Assembly (NCBI GenBank): GCA_002633005.1
Contig: NMRA01000253.1
Coordinates: 197,251-261,250 of the forward strand
DNA length: 64,000 nt
Source: Phoronis australis
Lineage: Eukaryota; Animalia; Phoronida
Direction: 5' to 3'
The notes under the pieces were generated by a model. The model made no database searches. It worked only from the letters and a program-made list of their open reading frames with translations, and was not told the DNA's origin. Within the stretch, counting starts at the first letter, position 1. Each line of letters opens with the position of its first letter. Below, piece after piece: positions 38,801 to 48,690 of this stretch. The position numbers were made by a program, and so were the translations under genes.

Positions 38801-41800
38801 GTGAGACCTGCCCTCCAATTCGGTTGCATTTTATCTCTAAGGTCTAGTACTAATATTTTTCCTTGTAGAAAAGAAACAGAAAAAGTGGGTTTTGACTGCG
38901 AGTCCGCGTAAAATTATACGTAGCTTCAAGTCAATTATATTAAACATGCCCGCACCCAGGGGGGGGGGGGGGGNGGGGGGGGTGGTGCTCGGGGGCTCGA
39001 ACGAGCCCCACCATTTGGCGAAGTGGGCAAAAAGGTCCTCCTCTGAGACACAAAAAGTCCGAGAAAATGAGACAAAACTCCCCTAAACAAGCACAAACGC
39101 GCAATTCACAATGGTGGCCCCATTTATTATTTTTAAAATTTTTTTTAGTCCGCCTGCATTTTTGTTACCAAAAGGTCCACAACGGAAGAATTCGAGCCCT
39201 CCCATATTGAAGGCTGGGTGCGCGCATCTTAAACAGTGGATAGTAGCAAATACGGTTAGATATGGAATAGCCCTTCGAACTTAATTTACTTAATTTATCT
39301 TTTTTATTGACTTACCTAACTTGATCGACATGAGGTATACTCAAAAATAGAATTAAACCAAGAATAGTAACTGTAGATATCCATGCAGTGGGTTTTGAAA
39401 CGTGCAGTGTGGAAAAAGTGCGTGACACATAACTGCCTGTAAACTGGGATCGACCTTTCGACAATCTGTTACGATAAACTAATTTTTGGTTTCATTACGG
39501 TGACGTGGAGAGAAGCAATATTGCCCAGATATGAAGTAGTCCTTTGAACTTCATTTAATGACTGACCTAATTTGTTCACATTTTCGTCGGATGTAACGTC
39601 ACTGGTTTGATCATCAAACTTGATGCAACTCCCAACGCACTTTAGTCCTTTGAAGCCAACTTTTTTCAACCAACATTTTTTGTTGTTCCCGCACTCCTTG
39701 AACCATTGTTCCATTTCAGTCAACGACTTCCCGAGGCATTTTGCTAGACACTTCACGAAGTCGGGGAGTTCGACTTCTGTGTTTGTTCCGGCCACAAGAC
39801 CTATTCGACGGAAGCGTACATTGATCTGGGGTTCAGTTAGCGACACCAACAACAAAAATGACAACAGCAAAATAAACATAAAAACAACCACTATTACTAC
39901 CACTATTACTACTATTACTACTTCTTTTACAAAAACAACAACAAAACAACAGTTAAAACCTTCCGTTATCATGAGGATTTTTCTAAGCCTTTACATTAAT
40001 TCTAAGATGTATTGGTCTAACTACATCCACGTCTAGCCTACTGTAATCACTGTCAAAAATTCTTCTGAACATCTTTAGCATTCCTACCTGAACTAAAAGA
40101 GTTTGCTCCAATTGCAGCGCAAAACCTGCTATCTTAAAGACATGATCAGCAAAGCAGAAATAAGCAAAATAGACACACAGGTGCAACAAAAGGGCGAGAT
40201 TTAAAGTTAATACTCAAGCAAACGTTCTTGTCGAGCTGCTTGACTACAAAGCTTGAGAAGTGTGAAATCGTCAGCTTGAACATTGCACTGCTTGTTTTTT
40301 GTACAACATTTACTATACAATATGCTGTCTCACAAATCGCCTATAATTTGATCAATTTAAAATGAGTGCTGCCCAAAAAAACCGGTTACCTGCACGTGCA
40401 TAGATGGTTTTGTGCCAGACGGCATACTTTTCAACTTTGAGCATGCGCATCAGTGCAAAGAGGAGACTCTCTCAACTTAAAGTACATTGTAAAGCAAATT
40501 GGACCTACTGCATATCTAAGAAGGGTCAGTATGAAGAACAAGACCGCCTAAAATTCTCTGGAGTTTAGTTGAATCAACGCTGACGCCAAAACAAGCAAGA
40601 TTCGCATACCAGCCGGAAGATTTTCCTGATTGTTCATCGGCAGGGCGCACCTGGTTCGGTACGGATAATCGCACACACATGGCCTCACGTTAAACTGAAG
40701 CCCTTTAGGACATTGCAGCATACCGGACACGTTGTTAAACACGTTCCTCTGGGTAAAGTTTTTGCAGCCCGTGCCGGGAACTATTTTATATTCATTCCCT
40801 TTTTCGTAGCAGGTGGTTCGATAGCCTGCAAAACGTGCAGTGGTTAACACTATAAAGATTCTCATTCTACATTGGATGGAGTAAGTCAAGCGTTTAACAA
40901 ATCGAAGACAGAGGCACGATATTTGACATGTGTATCTCGTGAAGGATTCAACATGGAGCAGTCAAGTAATAAAAGGAAGCAGCACTTGATTAACTTAGAC
41001 GATTCAGCCGTGTCAACCAGAGTGGTCCCAGACGCAAGAATCTAAGCTAATGTGATGAGGTTATCGCTTGTAATGCATGGCGATATTTCACGAGGTTTTG
41101 CGTGACTTTGCAATTTTGCGAGGTTGTCGGGTCTCCGAAACGCCCGTCTGATTGGCTGGTAAGCCGGTCGTTGTCACTGAGACCCAATATGATCTCTTAC
41201 CCGCATCCGGTTCAGTAACGCTAGGACTTCGCTAAAAGTAAGACTTCGGGAGATTACTTGAGATATTGCCGTGTATTTTAAATGAGAACACTTGGTTTTG
41301 GCTAGATTTTAGCTAGGTCCTAGAGCAGGTCCTAGCGTTACTGAACGCACGCCCGGTTGACCTAGATGAGAAGGCAGAGTGATTCAAGTGCAGCCTGCGG
41401 ATTCTTACGCCAAAACGAAACAACGTCTGAAGTGTCCTTGAATGTTCATCAGAAAGTTTAAAAATCGCTTAAGAGTCTTTGTGCGGAAAATCTTTACATT
41501 AAAGAGAAACAACCACTTATTTATCGCATTAGGCCTACTGGGCTCTCGAAATATCAAAACCCCAGAATTTCCTTTTTATACAGAGCTGTAACTTCACGCA
41601 AATTTCATAACTTATAATGAGACTAGTCGGAGGTAATCTGTCGCTGAATTTCACTCACTTGGTTTTGGGAAGGGGCCATTTGCGCATTTCGTTCTATATC
41701 TGTAGTCACACACGCAGACATCAACGTTAAATTGTAGATTTGAGGGACAGTACAACTGGTCTGTCTTATTTGTTCTCAAATCTTGCTGTGTGAAGGCTGT

Positions 41801-44800
41801 ACAGTCGCTATTAGGTACCACCGTGTAAAGGTTTCCTCTTCTTGTGCAGGACGTAGCGGAGGAGGCTGAACGCGACACAAAAGCGAAAGATAGTCGCATG
41901 TCAATCAACACAAACAGGTGAAAGCATGCGTGGAACATTCACCCCAGCCCTTCCACCCGGTCGCCATCAACCACCGGTTGCCCCAAAGCTAACTTTATGC
42001 ACGCCATCAGTTACATGTACATAACTTGCTTGATTTACCTACATTTTTGTATACCTGCCTATTTGGTTGACTTAGAAAATTTTATGATGTTAGACATATT
42101 AGACTTAAACAAGTATTTAGCTGCGTGTTTCCGTCTTTCTCCTTACTCTCAGCCTTCCGTCTAAGAAGGTCCGTTACCATTGGAGAAACTAAGGCCAACT
42201 TCAGATTGCACGATGTGTGGAGCGGGTATATGGCACTTACGCCAAAACAATTTCCTACGTCTAGAGCACAACTTAGGAGTGGCAACCGTGTGACCACCCT
42301 GTTGTGAATTTCAAAATGTTGCCGATTGGTATGTGGATATGGCAAAATTTGATGAATTCAAAGCACTCTGTGCCCCCCAAAAATTTTGTCTGCCTCAGAA
42401 AGATTTATAGTTCGATTGCAGATGTAGGCGTTTGTCTTCCGTTGTAGGCCTACTGCAGTAAAACGAAGGACAGGGGAGAGGCTTGATCCCAGAAGTCAGA
42501 TTTAAATGTGAAAGGCAAGGGTTTCCAACCATCAGTCTCAATCGAGTCTGCTTGTCATTAGGTAGAAGAATGTTCCAGTGCGCAGTATCGTTCCATCCAA
42601 AGGTACATGTACATCAAGGCGCATGCGCAATATGTGAAACAATACTAACAAGGTGACGAGAATGATGAAAATATGGTAAAGCTGAAGCGAATTGGTGAAA
42701 ACACACAAATAAGCTTTTAAGCTTTAAAAAGCTAAAAGAAGAGAAATTTGTTGCTCAAATAACTATAGCAAAACAACTTCAAAGAATAAATAACTGGTAA
42801 AAACCCAGCAAACACACGTTGCTTACTAACCCGTAAGCGCGGGTCCATCACTAACAGCCACTTTAGCGCCCTCTATCTCTTCTGAAATGAGACACGATCC
42901 CACACATTTAGCGGCCGCCCATCCGACTTTTTTCGCCCAACAAAAGAGGTTCCTGCCACATTCTCTGTACCACTCGCCTACTTGCGTAACACTCATGCCG
43001 ATACACTTTGCCACACAAACGATGAAGAATCCATTATCTGAAAAACGTTCAATCAGCAAAAACAGCATTAGTGATCACTGCAGCCAATTTGCACTAACTG
43101 AACGGCGGCGAGAAAAATCTAGCCAAAATCGCAGCCTCGTCCCCAAGCCTCAAGACGGCGCTGGTCTGTTTAGCCATTTGAGGATTGGTTAAGGAAAATC
43201 AAACGTGTCAGAATTTTGCCACATTTTTACTGAATATCATGACCAATGTAACTTTTAATTTTTTTGCAGTGTTTTACTGAAAAAATGTACTTTGATTCCA
43301 AAATACATTAATTTCTGTGGTACTATTGATCAAATAGAATTGAAACCAAGTACGTGAACAACCTGTAATTCAAACGATAACTAAACCGATGTCTTCTGCT
43401 TCACGAATCGCAGCAAAAACGCTTGCTTTTGTTTCAATGACCTCAAAGCAGGGACCAATCATTGTGCAGGCTAAACGGATGGGGACGAGGCTGGTGCACT
43501 TATTGAAGATACATGGCGATATCTCGCGGAATCTTGCGACATCTTTCTCTTCCAGCTAGATAGTAGCGTTATTGAACTCGGTTCCATTCTTGTCGTGGGT
43601 TACTCATTTCTATTTTCAAGTCAAATATAATAAGTAGGCCGATAAATGATGCCACTGTTGAAGACATGATCCATTGTCTTAGATACTCATATTATACGAG
43701 CAATGACCTGTTACTCGGAGGTCTACCCATTTAGAGAGCGAGCACGATTGTTAGCCCCCCTATCTCAAGGGTAAGCGGATAGAACGGACCCATTTGTAGA
43801 GATTTTTATCGAAAAATTAAACCTTTTGGTTTTCTCATAGAATAACTCTCGATCAAGGCTCACTCCCGCTGAATTTTATATTCATTAAAGATTCACCACA
43901 ATCGGTCCAGACGTCAAAACTTATGCTAACGCCATCGCCCTATTTTTCCACAGCCACGACACCAAAGATCCATGTGTACCGGCTTTGAATGAGGATCTGA
44001 TCAACGTTTGAAAGTGACCTTGATGAAGCAAACTACATTACAGGTAAATTCGTGTGGGTTTCGTATTTTTCTATGTTATATTTTCATTGTTAATATCGTT
44101 TCATTGAATCGAATAAAATTCTTGTAATTGTATACTTTTATTGACTGAGCACGGTGTCCCCTTGGAATAGATTTACTCAATAAATGCATGAGCAAATGGT
44201 CAAATAAATGAATGTACGCACTCCCATAAAAGCACAATCGGCTGAGGAACAGCAAGGATCTATGACAACCCTCGAAGACCCTCCCCAGATGGCTCTCCCC
44301 TCTTTTGCTCTCTTGCGTTTAAAGCTAAATGAGTTGACCAAAATAATTAGCCTTTAAACTTTGCATACATGTACATTAAAAAACAAATAATATCAGCAAA
44401 AGCCTTGAAAATTTACATACATGTATACTAAAAATTAATGATGTTAGCAAAGTTTAGAAGTTACCGACAATAAACATTCTAAATACCACGATTTACTTAA
44501 GTATTGTTTTTTAAATAGCGATTAAAGTAATGTACATTTCATCTGGTGGGCTCTCATTGCACCCAGTATACCCGTGCTCGTGTGCGCATGCGTGTGATAC
44601 CGTATTTGTGTACTGCACTGTGTTTGCATTTTGTATTGTAAAACGCAAATGTACAAAATAACCCTAAATAGGAAAATGGGTTTCACGTTCGTCTCTATCC
44701 AGGGTAAATGCACTGCGACTATGTTATGAATCAGCATAAAGTTTCATGTAACTAATACAGTACTAGAACGATCGCTTAATGATCACACTTGTAAGTGTGG

Positions 44801-47491
44801 CTTTACAGATAATATGCTCTCAATGGGTTTGAAACGGAAACTGCCCTGGTTTCTACCACGACACAAACAAAACAAAGTCTTGGTGAATACCAATCCCGTG
44901 AGAAAATGCGAAGGGTGCTAGTGCGAGAATTTTTTTTTGCTTGTCTAACAAAGCCCGGGCGAAACTGAGAATATGTTTAGTTTCGATGAATCACTGTACA
45001 AGTGCGTTACTGGCGAATACATGACAATGAAACAGAAGCTACGATCTTTTCATTGACTCACCAGTCATGCTTATGTAAGGATAGCACCGAAACTGGTTCT
45101 GAAAGAATATTTGTACTGAAAATGTTTTTGCTGTTCCTTGTTTTACCGCAGTGTCACGCTCATTTCATAAAAAAACATTAATATTAAAATTTGAGCCTGC
45201 AAGGAAAAAGTAACCCTGTTCAGTTACAATGCCCGGCAAGTACAGAGCTAATCTTTGGAAACCAGCTGTTACCACGAGAGCACTCCCTTACCACACACCG
45301 GAAAAAATCTTACCATGCACAAAATTTATCACACTCAGTCTGTTTCACCACAATCTCGCACATGTATTGTGTCCTCGCTCTCTTGTACTAAAACTGTCAG
45401 AAGTAAATATGCGACTGAGAGCGGCTAGGGTTAAAGTTATGCGGTAAGAGTTTTTCTGCTTGGCAAGAGTTTTTACGGTTTCCATACCCTGATGATACCT
45501 TGGCCCTGACCCTCGTCACATGAGGACGCTGCAACTGTAACCGACGTGAGCACTAGCAGATCTTTAAAGAGACATTGTCGTTATTACGGCCGAAAACGCG
45601 TTTTCTTGCTATTGGATGAGATAGATGTTTTTATGCTAAAAGCTTTGACCTGAGTTCTAAAACAGTAAAATTCGTTGTGATTTTGTAATTTTATTACAAA
45701 TCGCCAATAATCGCCTTTGTGTCATATCATCTCTGAAACCAAGGCCCACTTAAATTCGGTTAAATTACTTTACCAATCAGTGACTCAGATTTAGCTCTGG
45801 CTGTAAAGCCTTTGACAGGGACCACGTGGTTTTACAGTACTAATCCGGAGGGAGAATTCCTAGAAAATGTTTCTCGCCGATCATGTACTTTAAATTAGGC
45901 GTACTTTCAATCATGATCAGCCAGTGGGCTGAACTGATATACATGTATCCCGCCACAAAACGTCAGCGACATACAATCAGTCATAGTAGTAACACACTGC
46001 CGCAATAGGAAATCACCTGAAAGGACCGTGTTAGCTTAGTTACAAACTTTAGACAGCGAGTTTTGATCTGCACACCAAATTAGCCAAACCTTGTTTCCAA
46101 TTTTGGCTTTAAAACATGGCGTCGATTTTTAATAATAGACAAAACTGAATGCATGCTTTTTAAGTTCCGATTTGAATNTTCTGACGGTGCACCAACAAAA
46201 TGGCCGTTGCCCTAGAACGAAACTGAGTTGCACCGGCAAAAAACGCGAACACAAAAGCAAGCACATGATTTTAGTGATGGCTTTTGGCTGCGGAGACTTA
46301 GTCTGAGTACTGACCATGTGAAAACAAAAAACGCAAAAAAAAAAGGTTCGTGAAGGCTTTATTCTTACCGGCTGGTTTATCGTCGAGGAGGACGAGTGCG
46401 GCATCTCGTGTCTTCAAGTCGAAGCACTTGACTGCGCAGACGAAAGCCTGACCGCCCGCTCGGCCCATGATTTCCTTCTTCCAACATGTCATGTTGAAGT
46501 TGCAGTCTTTAAAGATGGCCATGGCGGTCTCACCCAGGCATTTAGCGGCGCACTTCAGAAAGTCACCCATGCCTTCCAAGTCTTCTTCGCTGTGGACCCC
46601 TTGCGACGCCATTTTGAACTTGACGTCAGCCGAGGCCACTGAAATAGGGAATCACCGGCGGTAAGTTTGTAGCAATATTCCAGTAGTGCGTTGCCGCACA
46701 TTGATTCCTTTGAGCATTACACCAAAATTTCAATATGACAATATGAGCATAGTATTAAGTTGTGTCGTCAATGATATTTATTCATAAACATTTTACATGT
46801 ATGAAGACAGCATCATCTTCAAATTTACACATCAGTCACAATAAAACAAAGCAGTACTTAAGAATAAAATTATCTTCACTATTTCGTGAAGCCAGACATT
46901 TATTTAGTAAAGCGGCAATGTTGTTTGCACTAAAGAGGATAACCTACGGTATAAATCATCACCGGATGTAGCTTGAATTGGATGTTAATAAAAGTGTGAT
47001 TAGGCCAAATGAAATTGAACAGTTGGACCTTGTCTGTTTACAATTTATTTCCAAACATGCGCCTCGCTGTTCAAAGAAACAGTTGGTTTTTAACAAAGTT
47101 TGGTGTCAACTTAGCAAAATTCACGGCGTTCGTGGCATTACTAAGAACTAGACTCTATAACCACGTACTCTCCAACCTCGTCGGCCGAAGTACAGTCGAG
47201 TGCACCGCTGAAGCTTCGAAAAACTTCGCACATCACTTCACCTCTCAGGTACACTCACAGATACATTGGTCTTAGAAACACAGACCAGAAACAATTGCGC
47301 TTTTTGGACCTAACTAAATGTCAATTCAAATAAATGTCACTCATCACGAAACCGTTTTCGATAGGAACTCCACAACTGAATAACTAAAGACATTCTGTCA
47401 GAACAATAAGTTACTCTATTCAACAGGTATTACCTGAGCACACTGCGGCAGACAAGACGCCCAACACTGCGAGTACTGCAAACGACTTCAT
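32673..47491 (-). CDS. Gene B: secreted ~834-aa protein; signal peptide + H-H-X-Y-H-H-H-H-H-X-H (H = six-Cys helical domain; X, Y = variant CBM14-like domains)
   Basis: Exons 47491-47434, 46638-46369, 43037-42831, 41865-41659, 40825-40610, 39800-39567, 38273-38040, 37395-37177, 36795-36577, 36195-35989, 34036-33830, 32899-32673. All introns are GT-AG phase 1; 2505 nt open from ATG to TAA. Only one signal exon and one stop-containing terminal exon were found, so a single gene is inferred. Confidence 0.85.
33830..34036 (-). CDS. Gene B exon 11, CBM14-like domain (divergent X)
   Basis: CTRNGIVYTVVPGTDCRTFTQRTVKTNQTYTQHCPTGLQFNVDVCVCDYRNRTKC; 207 nt. Confidence 0.92.
35989..36195 (-). CDS. Gene B exon 10, helical domain
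   Basis: FLNCMAKCLGKSLADIEQWYNECGTNGNCWLKKVGFKGLTCAGRC; 207 nt. Confidence 0.9.
36045..37372. repeat. 600-bp-period tandem duplication (exon plus intron)
   Basis: Sequence at position n nearly equals n+600 across ~36045-36772, including the intron. Confidence 0.95.
36577..36795 (-). CDS. Gene B exon 9, helical domain (chimera of exons 10 and 8)
   Basis: 219 nt; acceptor AAG rather than CAG; same core as exon 10, tail as exon 8. Confidence 0.85.
37177..37395 (-). CDS. Gene B exon 8, helical domain
   Basis: GDVKVRNAFLNCMARCLGKSLADIEQWYNECGTNGNCWLKKVGFKGLTCAGSCILYTESLETSGVDLEETVLT; 219 nt. Confidence 0.9.
38040..38273 (-). CDS. Gene B exon 7, helical domain
   Basis: FVKCLAKCLGKSLAEIEQWFKECGNNKKCWLKKVGFKGMMCVGSC; 234 nt. 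Confidence 0.9.
38359..38456 (-). pseudogene. Truncated pseudo-exon (5' half of an exon 6/7 copy)
   Basis: Keeps its acceptor and reads GLIAGTKTEVKLPNFVKCLAKYLGKSLAEIKQ*. Second Cys is Tyr, and the copy breaks off into a (CAG)n tract with a TAG stop. Confidence 0.85.
38945..39228. mobile_element. 284-bp MITE
   Basis: TIRs ATGCCCGCACCCAG / CTGGGTGCGCGCAT with subterminal gggctcga / tcgagccc; 5-bp direct repeat TTAAA. Confidence 0.8.
39567..39800 (-). CDS. Gene B exon 6, helical domain
   Basis: FVKCLAKCLGKSLTEMEQWFKECGNNKKCWLKKVGFKGLKCVGSC; 234 nt. Confidence 0.9.
40610..40825 (-). CDS. Gene B exon 5, CBM14-like subtype Y
   Basis: CYEKGNEYKIVPGTGCKNFTQRNVFNNVSGMLQCPKGLQFNVRPCVCDYPYRTRC; 216 nt. 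Confidence 0.92.
41210..41349. mobile_element. MITE, same family as 24813-25112
   Basis: gttcagtaacgctaggac ... gtcctagcgttactgaac termini and a shared internal sequence. Confidence 0.85.
41659..41865 (-). CDS. Gene B exon 4, CBM14-like subtype X
   Basis: CTRRGNLYTVVPNSDCTAFTQQDLRTNKTDQLYCPSNLQFNVDVCVCDYRYRTKC; 207 nt. Confidence 0.92.
42831..43037 (-). CDS. Gene B exon 3, helical domain
   Basis: FIVCVAKCIGMSVTQVGEWYRECGRNLFCWAKKVGWAAAKCVGSC; 207 nt. Confidence 0.9.
43132..43493. mobile_element. MITE with CAGCCTCGTCCCC TIRs; short copy at 52307-52394
   Basis: cagcctcgtcccca ... tggggacgaggctg. The second copy shares cagcctcgtccccaagcctcaaga. Confidence 0.8.
45564..45893. mobile_element. 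Degenerate dispersed repeat with TTAA-bounded ends (possibly Kolobok-type); related pieces near 29870-29940, 49600-49830 and 51920-52085
   Basis: ttaaagagaca ... tgtactttaa ends; shared blocks such as gtaattttattrcaaatcg and ttacggccgaaaa. The superfamily assignment is inference. Confidence 0.45.
46369..46638 (-). CDS. Gene B exon 2, acidic pro-region plus helical domain
   Basis: VASADVKFKMASQGVHSEEDLEGMGDFLKCAAKCLGETAMAIFKDCNFNMTCWKKEIMGRAGGQAFVCAVKCFDLK; 270 nt. Confidence 0.9.
47434..47491 (-). CDS. Gene B exon 1, signal peptide
   Basis: MKSFAVLAVLGVLSAAVCS|V; 58 coding nt, the same length and MKS start as gene A exon 1. Confidence 0.85.
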
Positions 47492-47536
47492 AGTGCAGCT
47501 GAAGCAGAATGGAGTCCTTGCTGAGCCGTCTTAACC

Positions 47537-47543
47537 TTATATA
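47537..47543 (-). promoter_or_regulatory. TATA box of gene B
   Basis: TATATAA ~46 nt upstream of the ATG. Confidence 0.55.
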
Positions 47544-48589
47544 CTTTACATGTATTGTGCGACTGATTGCCAGATCACGTGCCTACAGACCAGTGACATT
47601 TACTGTTAAGGAAGTTACCGTGTTTCGTTTAATGCAGGCCCGTACTAAAATTACTCTCTTCCGGTGTTTATACTCTCTCACTGAGCCATTTAAAATGTAG
47701 ACGTCTTTGTAAACTGTTTGATAAAAGCCAACACATACACGTACATTGAAGCCGGTGGCTGACTTTTTGTAATCTGCAGTCACCCTGCAAATATTACGAG
47801 AAATACGGTATTGCGAAATCCATTGTTCCAAATAAGTGAAGTACACTTCCTCGTAATTTTCGCGGTAACGGGTTTTGCCCAAAATTCATGGTCATGAGCA
47901 TTATGCAGTTTCACAAATACCATGTGATTGACCTCCTCTCAGTTTCGGAATACCAAAAGGACTCCATTTTGTGTCAACTTCAGGTAGATTTCTCCTCAAA
48001 ATAATACGAAATTATTACGCAAATAATACGCAATTAATAAAACGCCACGATTTCCAGATCAAATGCCAAATTGTTAGAGCAATTAAGCCTTCGAAAAAGG
48101 AAGCAACTTAGGAAAAGTTACAAGTGAAAAACGTGAAACAAGTTTGGTAATTAATTTATCAATGGTGTCAACGCTGATGTTCTTTTGCACCCAGAAATAA
48201 TGTACATGTACAATGACTCATCAGTCAATGTAAGACATTGCCTTTGGTGTTTGGTCTGAAATTTGGTCTTTGAGCTGTTATTGCCTCCTGCCACCTAACA
48301 ATATCTACTTTGAATTTAATGATACAAGTATCAGGTGCGCCACACAGGGTATGTCATTTTCAGTGTTAGGCGGGTACACTCTGGCGGGAACAAAAGGATT
48401 TTTCAAGTATGAAACCCACACCACTGTGTTGTTTATTGTCTGTTATTTATCCAGTACTTCCATAGAATCGGTGTATTACTTTAATCCAACCAATGTTGTT
48501 TTAACTTTCAGACTACGTGTACTTGACATTTTGGTCATAAGTGACTGAAATGACTGTGAGAAAACGAAAGGGAAATTACGACTATCTGT

Positions 48590-48690
48590 TATATATGTGT
48601 GTATATACATAAGCGAATATACATGTACATGTATATGTACAGTGTATGTATGCATTTGTATGTATGTATGTATGTACATGTATGTATGTA
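48590..48690. repeat. (TATG)n-type simple repeat
   Basis: tatgtatgtatgtatgtacatgtatgtatgta and flanking TA/TG-rich sequence. Confidence 0.85.

Noticed and set aside
35969-40036. Repeated + strand ORFs (PLKPTFFNQQFP..., up to 163 aa)
   Set aside because: They are antisense shadows of gene B helical-domain exons and the 600-bp duplication; the splice signals and conserved Cys pattern are on the minus strand.
32673-46638. Saposin-like (SAPLIP) identity for the six-Cys helical domain
   Set aside because: The domain is too short (~42 aa from first to last Cys) and its CxxxC...CxxxC spacing does not match the saposin pattern.
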